Shown here piece by piece: positions 13,545 through 27,359 of a stretch of 64,000 nucleotides of DNA. The position numbers and the translations under genes are program-made. Under the pieces are notes generated by a model that was given only the letters and a program-made list of their open reading frames with translations, did no database searches and was not told the origin of the DNA. The DNA comes from Octopus vulgaris (lineage: Eukaryota), in contig OX597817.1 of assembly GCA_951406725.2 (NCBI GenBank), positions 131,254,001 through 131,318,000 on the forward strand, given 5' to 3'. The stretch's first letter is position 1, and each line of letters opens with the position of its first letter.

Positions 13545-14960
13545 CACTAAGTAATACGTTTTTAGTTTTGAAATTTTTAGTTCATAATATATCTTCAGAA
13601 AGATGAGTATACAATTTATTGAAGAAATAATAGTGTAATCTATATGATTATTTATTGAAAAATATGGATTTCTAATTTTTTTTTATTTGTTTATTATAAT
13701 TTAGATACGTACATTTATTTAATTATTCTTATTATTATAATTATTATATGTGAACTAAAATCTAAAAGCATTAAGTTTGTTTGCTTTGTGAATTAGACTG
13801 TAACGTAAAATTTCAGGATAGGTAGTGTAAAGTTTTTATATTTTGTACTATTGAATTTAATAATAATAAATACTTTCTTCACAAATAAATTTATAAACGC
13901 TAAGTAATACGTTTTTAGTTTTGAAGTTTTTTATTTTTTATTTCATAAATATCTTCGGAAAGATAAGTATAATATTTATTTAAGTAATAATGGTGTAATT
14001 TATTTATTTATATGTTTATTGATTGAAAAAATATGGATCTCTAATTGCTTTATTTGTTAATTATAATTTAGATACTTACATTTATTTAATTATTCTTATT
14101 ATTATAATTATTATATGTGAACTAAAATCTAAAAGTATTAAGTGCGATTGATTGGTGAAATAGATTGTAACGTAAAATATTATGGTATAGGTAGTGGAAA
14201 GTGTTTTTCTTTTTCTACTATTGAATTTAATAATAATAATATGTACATTTTTTAAGAACGCTAATACATTTTTAGTTTTTAAATATCTTCGAAAAGATAA
14301 ATACATAACTTATATGCTTATTGAATGAAAAAATAGTGATTTCTAATTCTTTACATTTTTATGTTTTGTTAATTATAATTTAGATACGTTCATTTTTTAA
14401 AATTATTCTTATTTTTATAATTATTGTATGTGAGCTATGATCTTAAAGCATTAAGTGTAGTTGCTTTGTGAAATAGTTTGTAAAATAAAATATAAAAGTT
14501 TTATTTTTTGTACTATTGAATTTAATAATAATAAGTACTTTGTTATTCCCTTAATAAGCGAAATATTAGATCTAGACATATAAACGCTAAGTTATATGTT
14601 TTTAATTTAAAATATATTTTAGTTCATAAATATCTTCGAAAAAATAAGTATGCATTTTATTTAAGAAATAATGGAGAAATTTATATGATAATTGATTAAA
14701 TATGTATTTCTAATTTTTTTTTGTTAATTATAATTTAAGATACGTATTTTCATTTAATTATTCTTATTATTATATATGAACTAAAATCTAAAAGTATTAT
14801 TTGTGATTGCTTTGTGAAATAGTTTATAACGTAAAATATTATAGTATAGGTAGTGAATTTAAAAATATTTTTTTCTTTATATACTATTGAATACAATAAT
14901 AATAATAATAAGTACTTTGTTTATTTTATCAATGAGTAAATATTAGTTCTAGACATAAAT
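13545..14960 (+). repeat. Four diverged ~330-360 bp AT-rich tandem units in a PLE 3' region
   Basis: Unit starts near 13545, 13898, 14259 and 14585 (ctaagtaatacgtttttag..). One inverted homologous unit at ~49900-50220. Confidence 0.75.
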
Positions 14961-15500
14961 TAATTTACTTGTATAATAAATTTAAATTATTTGTGAATAT
15001 ATTGTTGAAAAATATACAAAATACTATTGAAGGGTTGTGACTGCAACGTTGTTGATATAAGATATATTATAAGTCTACACATGTTTTGTATAGATGTTTA
15101 TTTAATTAATAAATTAATATATAATGTATTTAATTGATAAATATATATTAAATTATAGTAATTTAGCTTAACTTAAGTAAATTATTTATTTTAAGTATTT
15201 TTATTTTAATTAATTGGTCTCTTATATTTTTCCAGTAAAGATGTACTATAGTTTGTTAAAATTATTCTCAAAGCTAAAATACATATTTCTATATATTTAC
15301 TCTATTTTTTTTACCTTAGGTTTCTAATATGATAAATGTATTATAGACACCTGGTCCAGCTTTTTAAGTTTCAAATTTAGTTAACGGAGTTTCTTCTATA
15401 AGGAAAATCATGTTATTATTTCTTTAAGAAATATTGTTTAATTCTATTTTATTATTTATTTAGAATATGTATTTATTTAACTATTATTGTTATTATTGTT

Positions 15501-15602
15501 GACCTGAGGAGTGACTATACTTTCAAATTTAATTGTTTATGGATTAAATCTAAATTTAATTGTAATTCGAATTGAAGTTATAGCCACGAAACATACGTAG
15601 TC
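15501..15602 (+). ncRNA. Type I hammerhead with extended stem II
   Basis: gac-CTGAGGA-gtgactata..tatagccac-GAAA-catacg-TA-gtc; 77-nt stem II region. Confidence 0.7.
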
Positions 15603-15754
15603 TTTTTATTTATATAATATTTATTCATTATTAAGTACTTTTTGTGATCTAAATATATGCTTTATAATATATTTTATTTTTTGTATATGATATGGTTTAT
15701 GTCTATCATTTTTTAATTACCTAATAGTGGTTTTTTCTCTAATTTATATATATA

Positions 15755-16881
15755 CTAGCAGTTAATCCCGGTTTCACCCGGTCTGTTTGGATGATGTGGG
15801 TGTGATCGTTTTTGGTTAGGCATAATCTGTAACAGCGTTTCTCAACCTTATCATTTCGGCTAATTTGGCGGGATTTTTGCAGTCAGCACGAGGTGGTTTG
15901 TGTTTATCTCTGGAGTGCAATTGTTGTTAATTTGTCTGTAATAACAATACTCAGACAAGTGAAAATTAAAATATCTTCGCAGAAAACAGCTTCAGGTGTT
16001 GTGAAGAAAGAATATGTACGTAATCTGTTTGTGAGAACTATTCTATTGGACCTCTTTCTTATCACGTCTTTTAAGGTACACACATATACATAGAAAATAT
16101 GAGGTCATGGTAGAACAGTTTTACGATAGTTAATTTACGGAGAAGATTATGTGAAATTTTTGAAATGCAAATTTGTGAATGAAAATGAAGTTTAGGCGTG
16201 AACATGGTAGGTAGACCTGGTAGAAATAGCAGCGAAATCTCCCTCAAAACAACCTACTGTATTAATCCGGTAATTGTGCGTAATATGTAGTTTGAACGAG
16301 AAACTAACTAAAGATGAAGATAATTAACCTCACAAAGAGGTGAAAGAAGAGAGACAGCATAGGGAAAGTTTTGGCTGACTCATCTTGTAGTCCCCTAGTT
16401 GCTAGCGGAATGGTATATGGCGGCTGTGTGAGCAACTGATTGTTTTAATGAGGGAACAAAGAGGGTAAGAAGTTTTAATCGATTTTCTCGGTAAGTATGG
16501 GTGCTATGAAAAACTAGAAGAGGCATTAAGAAGTTGACGTTAAGAATTGCTTTAAAAGTTAGAAAATGTTTGAAATTTCAATCATCACCAAAAAATGAAG
16601 CTGTAAGAATTTACAAATTGTATGTAAGAAATAAAGCAGAAATGATTTTTAACTATACTGCCAAAGTTCTGCAACTTAATAGCAGACGTATCCAATTTAA
16701 GAAAAGTAAAGATAAAATTTAAGTGGAAAATTATTGAAGAAGTCATTGGTATACGCTTACAGGAAAAATAGACCTTACCTTCTTTAGAGAACGAAATGTA
16801 GCTGAGAGCTATTGTATTGGACTTCTGTGTAATCAAAAGAGCAGAAATTTAAAGAAAATATATGAAATGGACATGTGTGTT

Positions 16882-16918
<37 letters not shown>

Positions 16919-17491
16919 GGCTAATTTGGCGGGATTTTTGCAGTCAGCAGGAGGTGGTTTGTGTTTATGTCCGGAGGGGTGGAAAGGGGATCTTTTGAAG
17001 CCACCGTGAAAGCGAAACAGATAGATACAGGGCGTTTGTATGAGTGAAGTTCCTTTGAAGTTGGCGTGAAGCGAAAGAATTGATATGCGTGCGTATTCGT
17101 GTATGAGAGAGAGAGAGAGTGTGTGAGTGTGTGTGTGTGTGTGAGATGGAGAGAGGGAGAGCGTGTGTTTGTGTGTGTGTGTGTTTGATGCGATATGGGT
17201 GAGAGAGGTAACTGAAATTTCGTTATTCACTTGTTGTAATGAGAGAATGTGTGAGTGAGTAACAGAGAAAAGGAGAGAGAGGTTATGTATGTTGGCGTGG
17301 GAATTCCATTAGAAAAGTTTTAATCGATTTTCTCGGTAACTATGGGAGATAGGAAAAAATACAAACGGCATTCCAATCATTGTAGCCGTCTCCACATCTG
17401 TGCCATTTTCACGCGAATCCACTCAGACGTTTGGCTGTTAACCTCAAGACAAAAAGATACAATGCTCACCCATGTCCAATTTATATTATGG

Positions 17492-17492
<1 letters not shown>
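15755..17492 (-). mobile_element. Non-autonomous Helitron
   Basis: Minus strand 5' A|TC start and 3' GC hairpin ccgggtgaaaccggg followed by CTAG|T; internal duplicated blocks. Confidence 0.7.
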
Positions 17493-17548
<56 letters not shown>

Positions 17549-17579
17549 CTAAAGTGTACGTACGCCGCGATATATATAT

Positions 17580-17930
17580 ATAAAGACTACAAAAATGGGA
17601 CAAGAACGCAACAGGCGACGACAAAACCTCCAGACAGTTGGACGATATAAAAAGGGGTAAGAAGAAGCAAGGACGGGTCTCTCAGAGTTTCCTTTCATCA
17701 GTCGAGTTCCAGATTATCTTTGCAGTTTCGTCTTGGTTATTCTCGAGACTGCTCCATTCTGGCCAGTCCCTACGAAAATCTAAGCTAAGAGCACTAGATT
17801 CCTTGAAAGACAGCAGCCAATGTATACGAAAACAAAGACGAAAAATACGGAGAAATTGTACAAAAACACAAATGCAAACAACAGGACATTAAAAGCAGGT
17901 GTCTTTCGACTGAGGACGAATTAAATGATA
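17580..17930 (-). repeat. Probable PLE pLTR-derived repeat with minimal hammerhead-like core
   Basis: Minus strand CTGATGA-aag-GAAA-ctc(t)gag at ~17670-17703; the cleavage triplet is not canonical. Confidence 0.4.
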
Positions 17931-18339
17931 CATACATACATACATAGATACACACACATACATACATGTATATATATATGTTTATCACATATTTCAACTA
18001 ACCTAAGTTGTGAGTATACGTAAACGCTGCTTAACACAATTACTCCTATATTTTTCCTCTGTCGGGCGATCTACTAGCGCAAATCAATCAATGTATTAGC
18101 TAAATTATATATAAAGCTATACGCTTTATCAGTTCGTTCAGGATTGCCTAGCTTACCAACATCTGTTGCTGAATCTTTGCTATTGTGAGTTTTGCTTTTG
18201 TTGGTGATTTTGTTAACTTTTACGCTGTTATGGTTACACTGTGTTTGCTTTGTGGATCCCTGTGTGGATTGAACTTTTGTCGTCGTTTAGGCGGTGTTTT
18301 CGCCCTACAGGGCGGAACATTGTTGTTTTTTTGTGAGAA

Positions 18340-18570
18340 CAAGAGGAGATGCGAATGGATTTTTAAGAGCATTTCGCCCGGTTGTTTGGTGAGATGGAGA
18401 GTGGTGACGTTGATCAGAAAAACCCGAGCAACGGGAATCATAGTAATTTCAGGCCCATAACTCTACTTAACGTAGAGTTAAAGATTTTGGCCGAAGCGGT
18501 AGCTAAAAGGTTGACACCTGTCGCGGAGAAATTTGTAGGGAAGGCGCAGATATGTGCAATCCCAATGGCT
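18340..18570 (+). mobile_element. Tx1/L1-type RT fragment
   Basis: NFRPITLLNVELKILAEAVAKRL..Q motif. Confidence 0.7.
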
Positions 18571-19555
18571 TTGTTATCTGTTTTTGCCTATGATATATAT
18601 ATATATATACATATGTATATACGTAATCAATTCGCGGAAGTTATATTCTCATTAGGGATTGTACAATGCGAAGGTCACTGGTATACGTTAGGGATTATAG
18701 TAACTATATATATTATTAATATTGAAGGAAAGAAAATTGAGAAAAAGTGGATGAATGAATAATTTATTTGTATGTTATAAAATGTCGGAAATTTCTTTGA
18801 AAAACATAATAATACAAACAAATTGATTATAAGTTGTAAATCCAAGAAAAATAATAATAATAAAAGAAACTACATATATGTGTTTCGTTACTACTCCCTA
18901 GTTGATCAGATATTCTAAGCATTTTGTTAATGCTAAGAAAGATATCATATTCTAACTATATGGTGTAGAGCTTCTTCTGGGTTATTATGAGCTAATAGAA
19001 CATAGGTTATCACTTTTCCTTTGAAAGATGTATACAGAGTATTAGTGAGTTTAAGAAGTTAAATGCTATGTATAAGTGTATCTAGGTGGTGAGTTATAGA
19101 TATTCATGAATATATCATGTTTTAGAAAATAATTAAAGAAAATATATATAAAAGATACAGTAAAAGGATAAAAAAGCCATAAAATAAAATGGAATAAGCC
19201 TAATATAACAAGGGCAAAAAGCAAGAAGGATACAAATAAAAATAAAATCAATAACAAATAGATGGAAATTAAAAGAAATAACCTCTACCCTACATCCACT
19301 TCGCAGCAGAATTATAAATTAAGAAATCAATTATAATTGTCTTTATTCTCGTTACCAATGTATCCCTATGTCTTTCGCTCTTCTTACCTCTACATATGAT
19401 TCTGCATTCTAATGATGTCTACCACTACAATTGGTAAGCAGAAACAATCGTAAATGTACTATTACTACCACTTTTCTTTCTTAATTAATTAAATTAATGG
19501 CTTACTAGCGCAAACGACCAACTTCTTCCTGGTATTTTTCCTCCATTTTCTTCAT

Positions 19556-19645
<90 letters not shown>

Positions 19646-19879
19646 GTGTGTGTAGTAAAAAATTTAAATAATTAGAATATATATATATACACAAAGATAT
19701 AAAGATTTAAATAAATAATGGATTTAAATGAGAAAAATAACACTTAAATATGCGAAAAAATAAAAAAAAACTGATGTAGTAAATATAATGTAGGATAGGT
19801 TAGAAGATAAAGATTACTATACAACGGTTATACAAAATTAGATGAATTATTCTTACTGGTTTGGTAATAATTAATTTTT

Positions 19880-22800
19880 TAATTTTTTAATTTAATTTAA
19901 TTTTTTGGCTCAAAAAGCAAAAGCAAGGCCATGTTGGGGGACACGGAGTTATGTACAGGGAAGGTGTTCATACAAAGAGTTCAGGCCATTTCTGGTCAAG
20001 AGAGACTTTGAACCAGGCGGTCGTCGGCCTCTTCACTATCTCGTCCGGCAGCTTATTCCACAGATCCGCAACCCGGTCAGAGAAAGCTCCTCTCCTTCGA
20101 TTGAGATGAAATCGTCGTAGATAGAGCTTTTCGGAGTGACCCCGCAGCCCACGTCTGGAGCAGGAGTGAAGAACAGCTCGTTCGAGAGGTTACACTTTCC
20201 GCTTATGATGTTGTGAGCGAGAATGAGATCACCACGGCGTCGTCATCTTTCGAGAGAATAAAAGTCGAGCGTCTTCAGCTTTTCTTCATAAGACAAATGC
20301 TTGAGACCAAGAACCATGCGGGTAGCCAGCTTCTGGATTCTTTCGAGATGATGTATGTCTTTGAGGAGATAAGGAGAAGAGGCTTGAATCCCGTACTCCA
20401 ATATGGGTCTCACCAGCGTGACATAGAGCGGTAGGAATATGGCTGCTGTGAGCATTCCGAATGACCGTCGGATCAAAAACAGAACTCCGCGTGCTTTGTT
20501 GGCAGCATAGACGTATTGGGCCGAAAGCGAAAAGGAAGAATCCACCAAGATACCCAGGTCCTTTACCTGATCGGTCTTCTCCAGCAGCAGACGACCCGGC
20601 TCGAAAGTTGCAGGAGAGGAGCCAACAGGCAGATGACAGCACTTTGACACGTTCAGACACAGGTCCCATTCGTTTGACCATCTCCAAACTTGGTGGAGGC
20701 ATCGACGAAGATATCTATATCACTGCGAGGAGCGACCAGTTTGACATCGTCGGCAAATAGAAGGGTGTGTTGCGTGAGGTCGTCGGGCAAGTCATTGATG
20801 AAGACTAAAAACAATAACGGCCCAAGCACTGAACCTCGAGGCACGCCACTGCTCGCACTGGAGACGTCGGACAGCGAACCATTAACTTGGACTTGGAAGG
20901 AGTGATCTGGGAGGAAGGCACCAACCAATCGTACAATATCCGGATGGAAACTATATGCTTGAAGCTTGACAAGTAATAGCTGATGGATAACTGAATCAAA
21001 AGCTTTGGAAAAGTCCAATAAATATTGAATAGAAGTGTTAAAGGTTCGCAGATGACCGGAGCCAACGTTTGATAACCTGTGGGTGTATGCCGTCAGGGCC
21101 GTGACCCCTGTTGACATCGAAGCCTTGAATAACGCGTTCGACTTACTTCGTCACGAGTGATGACCAATCTAGGCATTGGAGGTACCGATCTATCAAATGG
21201 AGTGGGTTCACGACCATCATCTTGTTTGAAAATTGTCGAAAAAGCCTCGGCAAATAACTGACTCTTCTGATAAGGGTCCTCAATCGATACGCCTGTTGAG
21301 TCTACCAACGTTGCAATTTAGTTGTTCAAGCGGAAATTCCGTTGGACATGGCCAAAGAAGGTTCTTGGATTGTAACTGGCGTTTGCCGCGATTCTGTTTT
21401 CATATCTGAAGCGTTCTTCCTTTTCAATTTTCACGGCTCGGTCTCGTTGAGTTTTGTACACCTCAAAAGCTGCAGCCGAATCCAGATTTTTGAATTCAGC
21501 TCAAGCAATATCTTTGAGTCGAAGTTCTCGTTTAACCTTCTTCGTCACCCAGGGCTTGTGTTTCTTCTTCTTGGGAAGCCCAACGGGAACTGCTTGGTCA
21601 GTCAACCAGATTACATATGCTTTGAGGGACGACCATAGTTCATCAACTGAGGACATCGTCATCAGGGATCGCCAGTCCAGAAGCGCAGAAGCCTCGGTTA
21701 GAATTTCAAGATTGATTTGCAGAGAAGACTCTACGTGGCAGCGAAGTAGTCGTGGGCGTAGAAAAAGTTGTGTGCATGTCGAACTTCAGGACCACGTGAT
21801 CACTCTTGGCAAGAGGGGCGCACACAGATAAGCCTGACACTGATCTTGGATAGCGGGAGAATACCAGATCCAGCATAGATGGCTGCTGCCCAGACCGATG
21901 CCTTGTCGGAGATTCAACATGTTGCGATAGAAAACAATCTTCAGCCACGTCAAGAAGGGCCTGGCCGAACGGGGAAGATGATGTACAAATTGATGCGTGC
22001 TAGTCGATCGTGAGAGCGTTGAAGTCTCCTAATATCAAACATTCATGAGAAGATGAAACGAGTCTTATCGCTTCTAGTAAATGAGCATCGTCCTGGGGGT
22101 CGGCAAGAGGCGGCCTGTAGACAGCTAACACGGGCAGGCAAAACCCGGATAGGCTCAGCTTGCAATAGACGGCATCGAATTTTGTTGTAGGTTGAGCATT
22201 AGTGGGTAGAATACCGCTGGACGGTTTGAGATCAGATTTTACATACACAGCAACACCTCCACCTCGCATTTTTTTCTCTGTCACATCTGAAGAGGGCGTA
22301 GCCCTGTAGGTAGATTTCCGAGTCCTTTACTGCTGGAGTCAGCCAAGTCTCGGTGATAGCTATCACATCTGGGGAATCACGCATGGCCAGTGTAAATAAT
22401 TCGCTGAACTTTGAAAATAAGGAGCACGAGTTGGTATAGACGATGCTGAGCTGTGAAGTTTGAGGGGCGGGAATTAGGGATCAAACAGAATAAGGGATAT
22501 CAGAGATAGTATCGTTGTCGGGGATGTCTACTTCACTTCGATTCGCCCTCGATTCACTTTCCCTGTCAGCACTACAGCATGCGACCAGAGGTAGGACTTG
22601 ATTATCTGTCCATCTTGGATGCGTAAACCCTTCTCTCCCATCTGTTTTCTCATCTTCAGCTCGGATATCAGGTTTCTCCGACGAATTCTCTCTCTCAGTG
22701 AGTATTGCTCGCGGAAGCCCATATTGGGGTCCTTCCAGGCATGCTTCTGAGCTCTGTTCAGAAAGGTTGAAGCCTCCTGATCGGAAGAAAATATTACTCT

Positions 22801-23420
22801 TATTGGGCGTGGTCTACTGTCTGAGGTTGAGTTCACTTGGAATCTTCCTAGCCGAGCGACCTTATGGATACTGACATTTTCGTTGACAGAGAACAATTCA
22901 ACTAAAACAGAAACAAAATTTATGTCATCTTTTAGGCGTTTTATGCCTGTATCACCGGTGGATTCAGCTTTAGCATAAATGATTGCTGATCTTGAGTGGG
23001 CAAAAGGATCGTTCTGTTCTCTACTGTGAACTGTGGCATTCAATTCTTCGTCGGATAAATTAGAAAGGGCGGTTTCGTAGCCATCATACCTATGTAGGCC
23101 TTTGGGGTCGATCGGAATGGGTTTAGTGGTTATAACTCTCCCGCCTGGTTTGGAACTGCACTGCCTCTTCTTCAGTTTGGAGGAGGAGCACCACACCCCA
23201 GATGAGCTCACATTAAGATCATTCAGAATTGGTTGAGTAATGACATTGATGGGAAGGACAAATGAGGGAGAATCCAAACAGATTTGATCTTGAGCAGGTT
23301 TCGCAGCTAAATCTGCCCCACTAGAGCTTTGACTACGTTTCTTCCTATTGGGAGAACAACGGTCTTCAGGTGGGTTTGAGTCTACGCTCCTCAATTCAGG
23401 TTGGGGAACCTCCGGGACCG
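19880..23420 (-). mobile_element. CR1-type LINE with open ORF1 and disrupted, internally deleted ORF2
   Basis: APE: YTN, ITETWL, GGGVAVYVK, YRPP, GDFN, LDLVF, SDH. RT: LDFSKAFD, SGVPRGSVLGPLLF, FADD, LVRPILEY. A-rich 3' tail. Confidence 0.93.
22528..23394 (-). CDS. LINE ORF1 (RRM-like nucleic-acid-binding protein), 288 aa
   Basis: RLGR..RPRPIRVIF and ERIRRRNLISELK..GEKGLRI motifs typical of CR1-group ORF1; immediately upstream of APE. Confidence 0.75.
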   Translation of the reverse strand: MRSVDSNPPEDRCSPNRKKRSQSSSGADLAAKPAQDQICLDSPSFVLPINVITQPILNDLNVSSSGVWCSSSKLKKRQCSSKPGGRVITTKPIPIDPKGLHRYDGYETALSNLSDEELNATVHSREQNDPFAHSRSAIIYAKAESTGDTGIKRLKDDINFVSVLVELFSVNENVSIHKVARLGRFQVNSTSDSRPRPIRVIFSSDQEASTFLNRAQKHAWKDPNMGFREQYSLRERIRRRNLISELKMRKQMGEKGLRIQDGQIIKSYLWSHAVVLTGKVNRGRIEVK

Positions 23421-23769
23421 AATATAAAAATTAATTTGGAGATTCTACAGGAAAAATTGAGAAAATTTGTTTGGATGTATCTTTAAAGGACATTCCTTTT
23501 CCATAAAAATGGGATTTTTTCGATAAGAAATTTTATCAAGGAAAGAAGGACACAATCAAGATAACACCAAAGAAGCAAATATAATTTTTAAAAAAAACAC
23601 TTTAAAAGAAGAAGAAACCCACCGCCTAATAAACACCTGGACATATTTGAAGATGGTTTATGGGAAACAGTACGAAATCTTGAATTTGTGAAGCACCCAC
23701 TCAGAGACCAATACCAGCGGAAATTAAGATCTATAATTTTGAATTTAGAATTCTAATAAAGAATATTAG

Positions 23770-24720
23770 TTCAATTCTCCTGCACCATTTCCAACACTTA
23801 CATCGTTTTTCTCGACATTTCGGTCAACATACACAACTCTGCTCTTTCTGCCTCCATCCACTACAAACACACGGACCCACGATCATACTTCAACTTCTCC
23901 TCCTCCAACCCTACCCACACCAAGCTCTCCCTCCTCTACTCCCAATTCCTCCGTCTGCGCAGGCTCTGCACTGACTACAATGACTTTGAGACTCGGTGTC
24001 AACTCATGGCGCACCACTTCATCCTTCGTGGATATCCCCCACCAATATCCACCCCATCTTGCTAGAGCACGTTCCGTAGACTGTGTCTCTGCTCTCTGCC
24101 CCGCACCCGCCTCGCCGTTACTCGTTTCCCGTTTCACTCCACCTACCACCCCTTCACCTTGCCCCTCCAACGCATCATTTTCCGAGCCTTCCAGTGACTC
24201 CACTCCGACTCCTCCACTTCGCACATTTTCCTCAACTTACTCCTTCCCTCCTTCAAAGGAACCCGCAACCTATATCACCTTCAGCTCCATATTTTCTTTC
24301 CCCCAGCCTGGCTCCTTCCACTGCTCCCGCCCACGCTGTCACATTTGCCCCTGTCTCTCCAGCACCACCATCCTCACAGGTACCCACCATCGTCCCTATC
24401 ATATCACTGACTCCTTTACGTGCACTTCTAGCAACGTCATTTACTGCATCACCTGCTCTCTATGCCCTTCTCTGTACATCGGTCAAACGGGACGCCGCTT
24501 GGCTGACCGGTTCGCGGAGCCCCTCTGAGACTCGGCAATGGCACTCCGGTCTCGCGCCATTTCCGCTCTACCGGTGATTCATTACAACACCTGCCTGTGT
24601 TCGGATTGTCTTTGCACATGAGTCATCCTGACTCTCGCCTTCTCCGTGAACAGGAGATAATCTCTCTTCGTTCTTTTGTCACACATAGGCTCAACTCCTC
24701 TCCCCTCTTCCTCTGAATCT
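23770..24720 (+). mobile_element. PLE (Neptune-like) RT C-terminus + GIY-YIG
   Basis: FLDISV..HYKHTD..YSQFLRLRRLC..RGYP; CSRPRCHIC knuckle; NVIYCITC..LYIGQTGRRLADRF. Confidence 0.9.
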
Positions 24721-25450
24721 CCTTTTCTCGTCTCTTCATCTGACACCTACTTCTTCTCTTCACTGCTACCCACCTTCTCCGTTCATCCATACGCTCTTCC
24801 ATCGACACATCCCACTCCCACATACCCCACCCCTATTCGCACATTACACCAAACCCACACCCCGCTCTCACATCCCCACACCCCAACACTACCACATCAC
24901 ACCACAGAATACACCACCACATCATCATCCACACACCCACACATTACAGACGTACACACACACGCACACATCCACACGTCAAAGTCACTAGCCCCCATCC
25001 ACACGCACATACGCTCACATACACACATGCACGCGCGCCTTCGTTTTAGGATCTCCCCTTCTTCCTGCAATTTGTAAATATTTTGAGGCAATATTTCAAT
25101 TTTGTCTCCTTCATTTCAAATTCTTGGCTTCAAGAGCATCCTCTCTGTCTGTTGTATTCCCTCTTGTTGACTCCAAGTTTTTCAGTTATCAATTCACAAT
25201 CGACAGAAAATCAAATGCAAACCTAGAAGTACATACAATGCTACTACTGGATATCACAGGGTGGAATCTAAAAGTGGACGAGCTTTATACTGTGCTCTAG
25301 TACGTTCTTCACAGAATATACCATAACTGTGTGTATATACGTATATTTATATATAAGGAGAGAGAAAGAGAGAGAGAGAGAGAGGGGTGGTGGGAGAGAC
25401 AAGTAGAGAGACAGAGAGATAGAGAATAGTCTTCCTCAAAGTACCCTTAA

Positions 25451-25671
25451 CCCTTTAGTGTTCGCATTATTCTGCCAAAATTAATGCCTTTTCATCCACA
25501 TTGTTTTGAACTAATCATGCATTATCTTGTAGTTATGAGATTTTGATGAGGAAGCTGTTAATTTTTAAGATGGTATTGTAGGGTTGGTGTGAGAGACCAG
25601 ATATGGCCAGTTTGAACATAAAACAAGCAGAATACTTTCAGCCGGATATGGCCGGTTTAAATGCTAAAGGG
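25451..25671. mobile_element. piggyBac-type MITE
   Basis: TTAA|CCCTTTAG ... CTAAAGGG|TTAA. Confidence 0.85.
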
Positions 25672-25959
25672 TTAAAGCAATGAATAATTCTTTCTGCCAC
25701 AAAGACAAGGCTTTAACTGTTGTGACAGTTTGCTGCTATATTTCATTGACCCCGATACTAAGCTGGATCATATTTTATCGACTCTAGAATGATAAAAGTC
25801 ATGTTGACATTGGCAGAATTCAAATTCAGAATGTAAATTCCCAGGAAATATCTCCAAGCTGTAAATATTTGTAACAAGATATTGGGTCGACAAGATATAG
25901 CTGTCATTCATGGTATGAGTCACCCGTGTGTGAGTGTGAGTGTGTGTGAGTATGTGAGT

Positions 25960-26005
<46 letters not shown>

Positions 26006-26204
26006 AATGCAGCGAATAATGCGCAGAAATATTTCTATGCCAGTAAACAACTATTATCATTATCATTCGTGTTATCAAGCCTACACACACACACACACAC
26101 ACACACAGACACATACATGCCTGTATTTGTATGTATGGATGTATATGTATATATGTATGTACATATATATATATGTACACATACATACACACACACACAC
26201 ATAA

Positions 26205-26559
26205 AATGTTCAATTGGAGATAACTTAAGGAAGGTAAAAGCTCATCGATTCTGTACCAACACGCCGAACAGGAACATGGGGGATCAATCAACAACATAGA
26301 AGTTAAAATCTTGTCCACACATAGAACAGATGCAACAATCAGACAAATTACAGAAGCTACACACATAATAGAAGATAAACCTAGCCTGAATAGGAAACTG
26401 AAATGGAACACTAGCACACACCACAACATATGACGGTAGAGGATCCCCATAAACTAGTTACAATATAAAGAAAACCGAAAACATAATAAATAAAATACAC
26501 AGATAAATAAACAAATAGAAATAAATAACTATATAAGTTTTTTTTTGTTTAATTTAAAA

Positions 26560-26637
<78 letters not shown>

Positions 26638-27120
26638 TAGTATTGTTGTTATACTTACATACATACAAGCATACGTAATGATAATAATAATAAGTGGATG
26701 TAACACATGAACAAAATAAGAATAAACAAAATCAACAACAACAAAAACAAATTACACGAACGTATATAAACAGAAGATACAAATATTACAGGCATCCCCC
26801 CACACACTAACTAAACATAGACGCACATAGAGATATAAGCATGCGCAAATGGAGACATACAATAGAAATACAAAATGGCTGACGGTTAGTAAGGAGAGAC
26901 ACAAATAAGAAAGAAGAAAACAAAGGACCACTGATGCGGTCACAGGAATGTGACGAAAGAACTCTGGCTGAGATAAGATTAAGATTAATGTTAAAAATAA
27001 GCAAAATAACACCAAATATATAGTGCCTGTGTTTTTATTGGCTAAACTGGCAAAATGACCATTCCGAAATATAACAATATCTGTTTCAACACACGACTTC
27101 ACATAAAAAATCTTGCACAA
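26205..27120 (+). mobile_element. PLE 3' fragment (endonuclease tail + UTR/pLTR)
   Basis: LYQHAEQEHGG..KILS..ITEATHI..KPSLNRK; homologous to 36830-38160 in opposite orientation; hammerhead-like motif 26928-26967 with core CTGATGC. Confidence 0.8.
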
Positions 27121-27307
27121 CAAATATATATATATATATATCCATTTATGCATTATGTATGCATATATGCATACATATATTTACTGAAGTATATACAAAT
27201 ATGCATACATGTATATATGTGTGCGTTTATATATGCACATTTATATGTTGTAGAGTGCGTATGTGAGTATGTATGAGCGTACATATATATGTATGTATAT
27301 ATATATG

Positions 27308-27359
<52 letters not shown>

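Noticed and set aside
13545-14960. Retrozyme-type tandem array
   Set aside because: The unit size fits, but I see no hammerhead core within the units; the only motif lies ~550 bp downstream.
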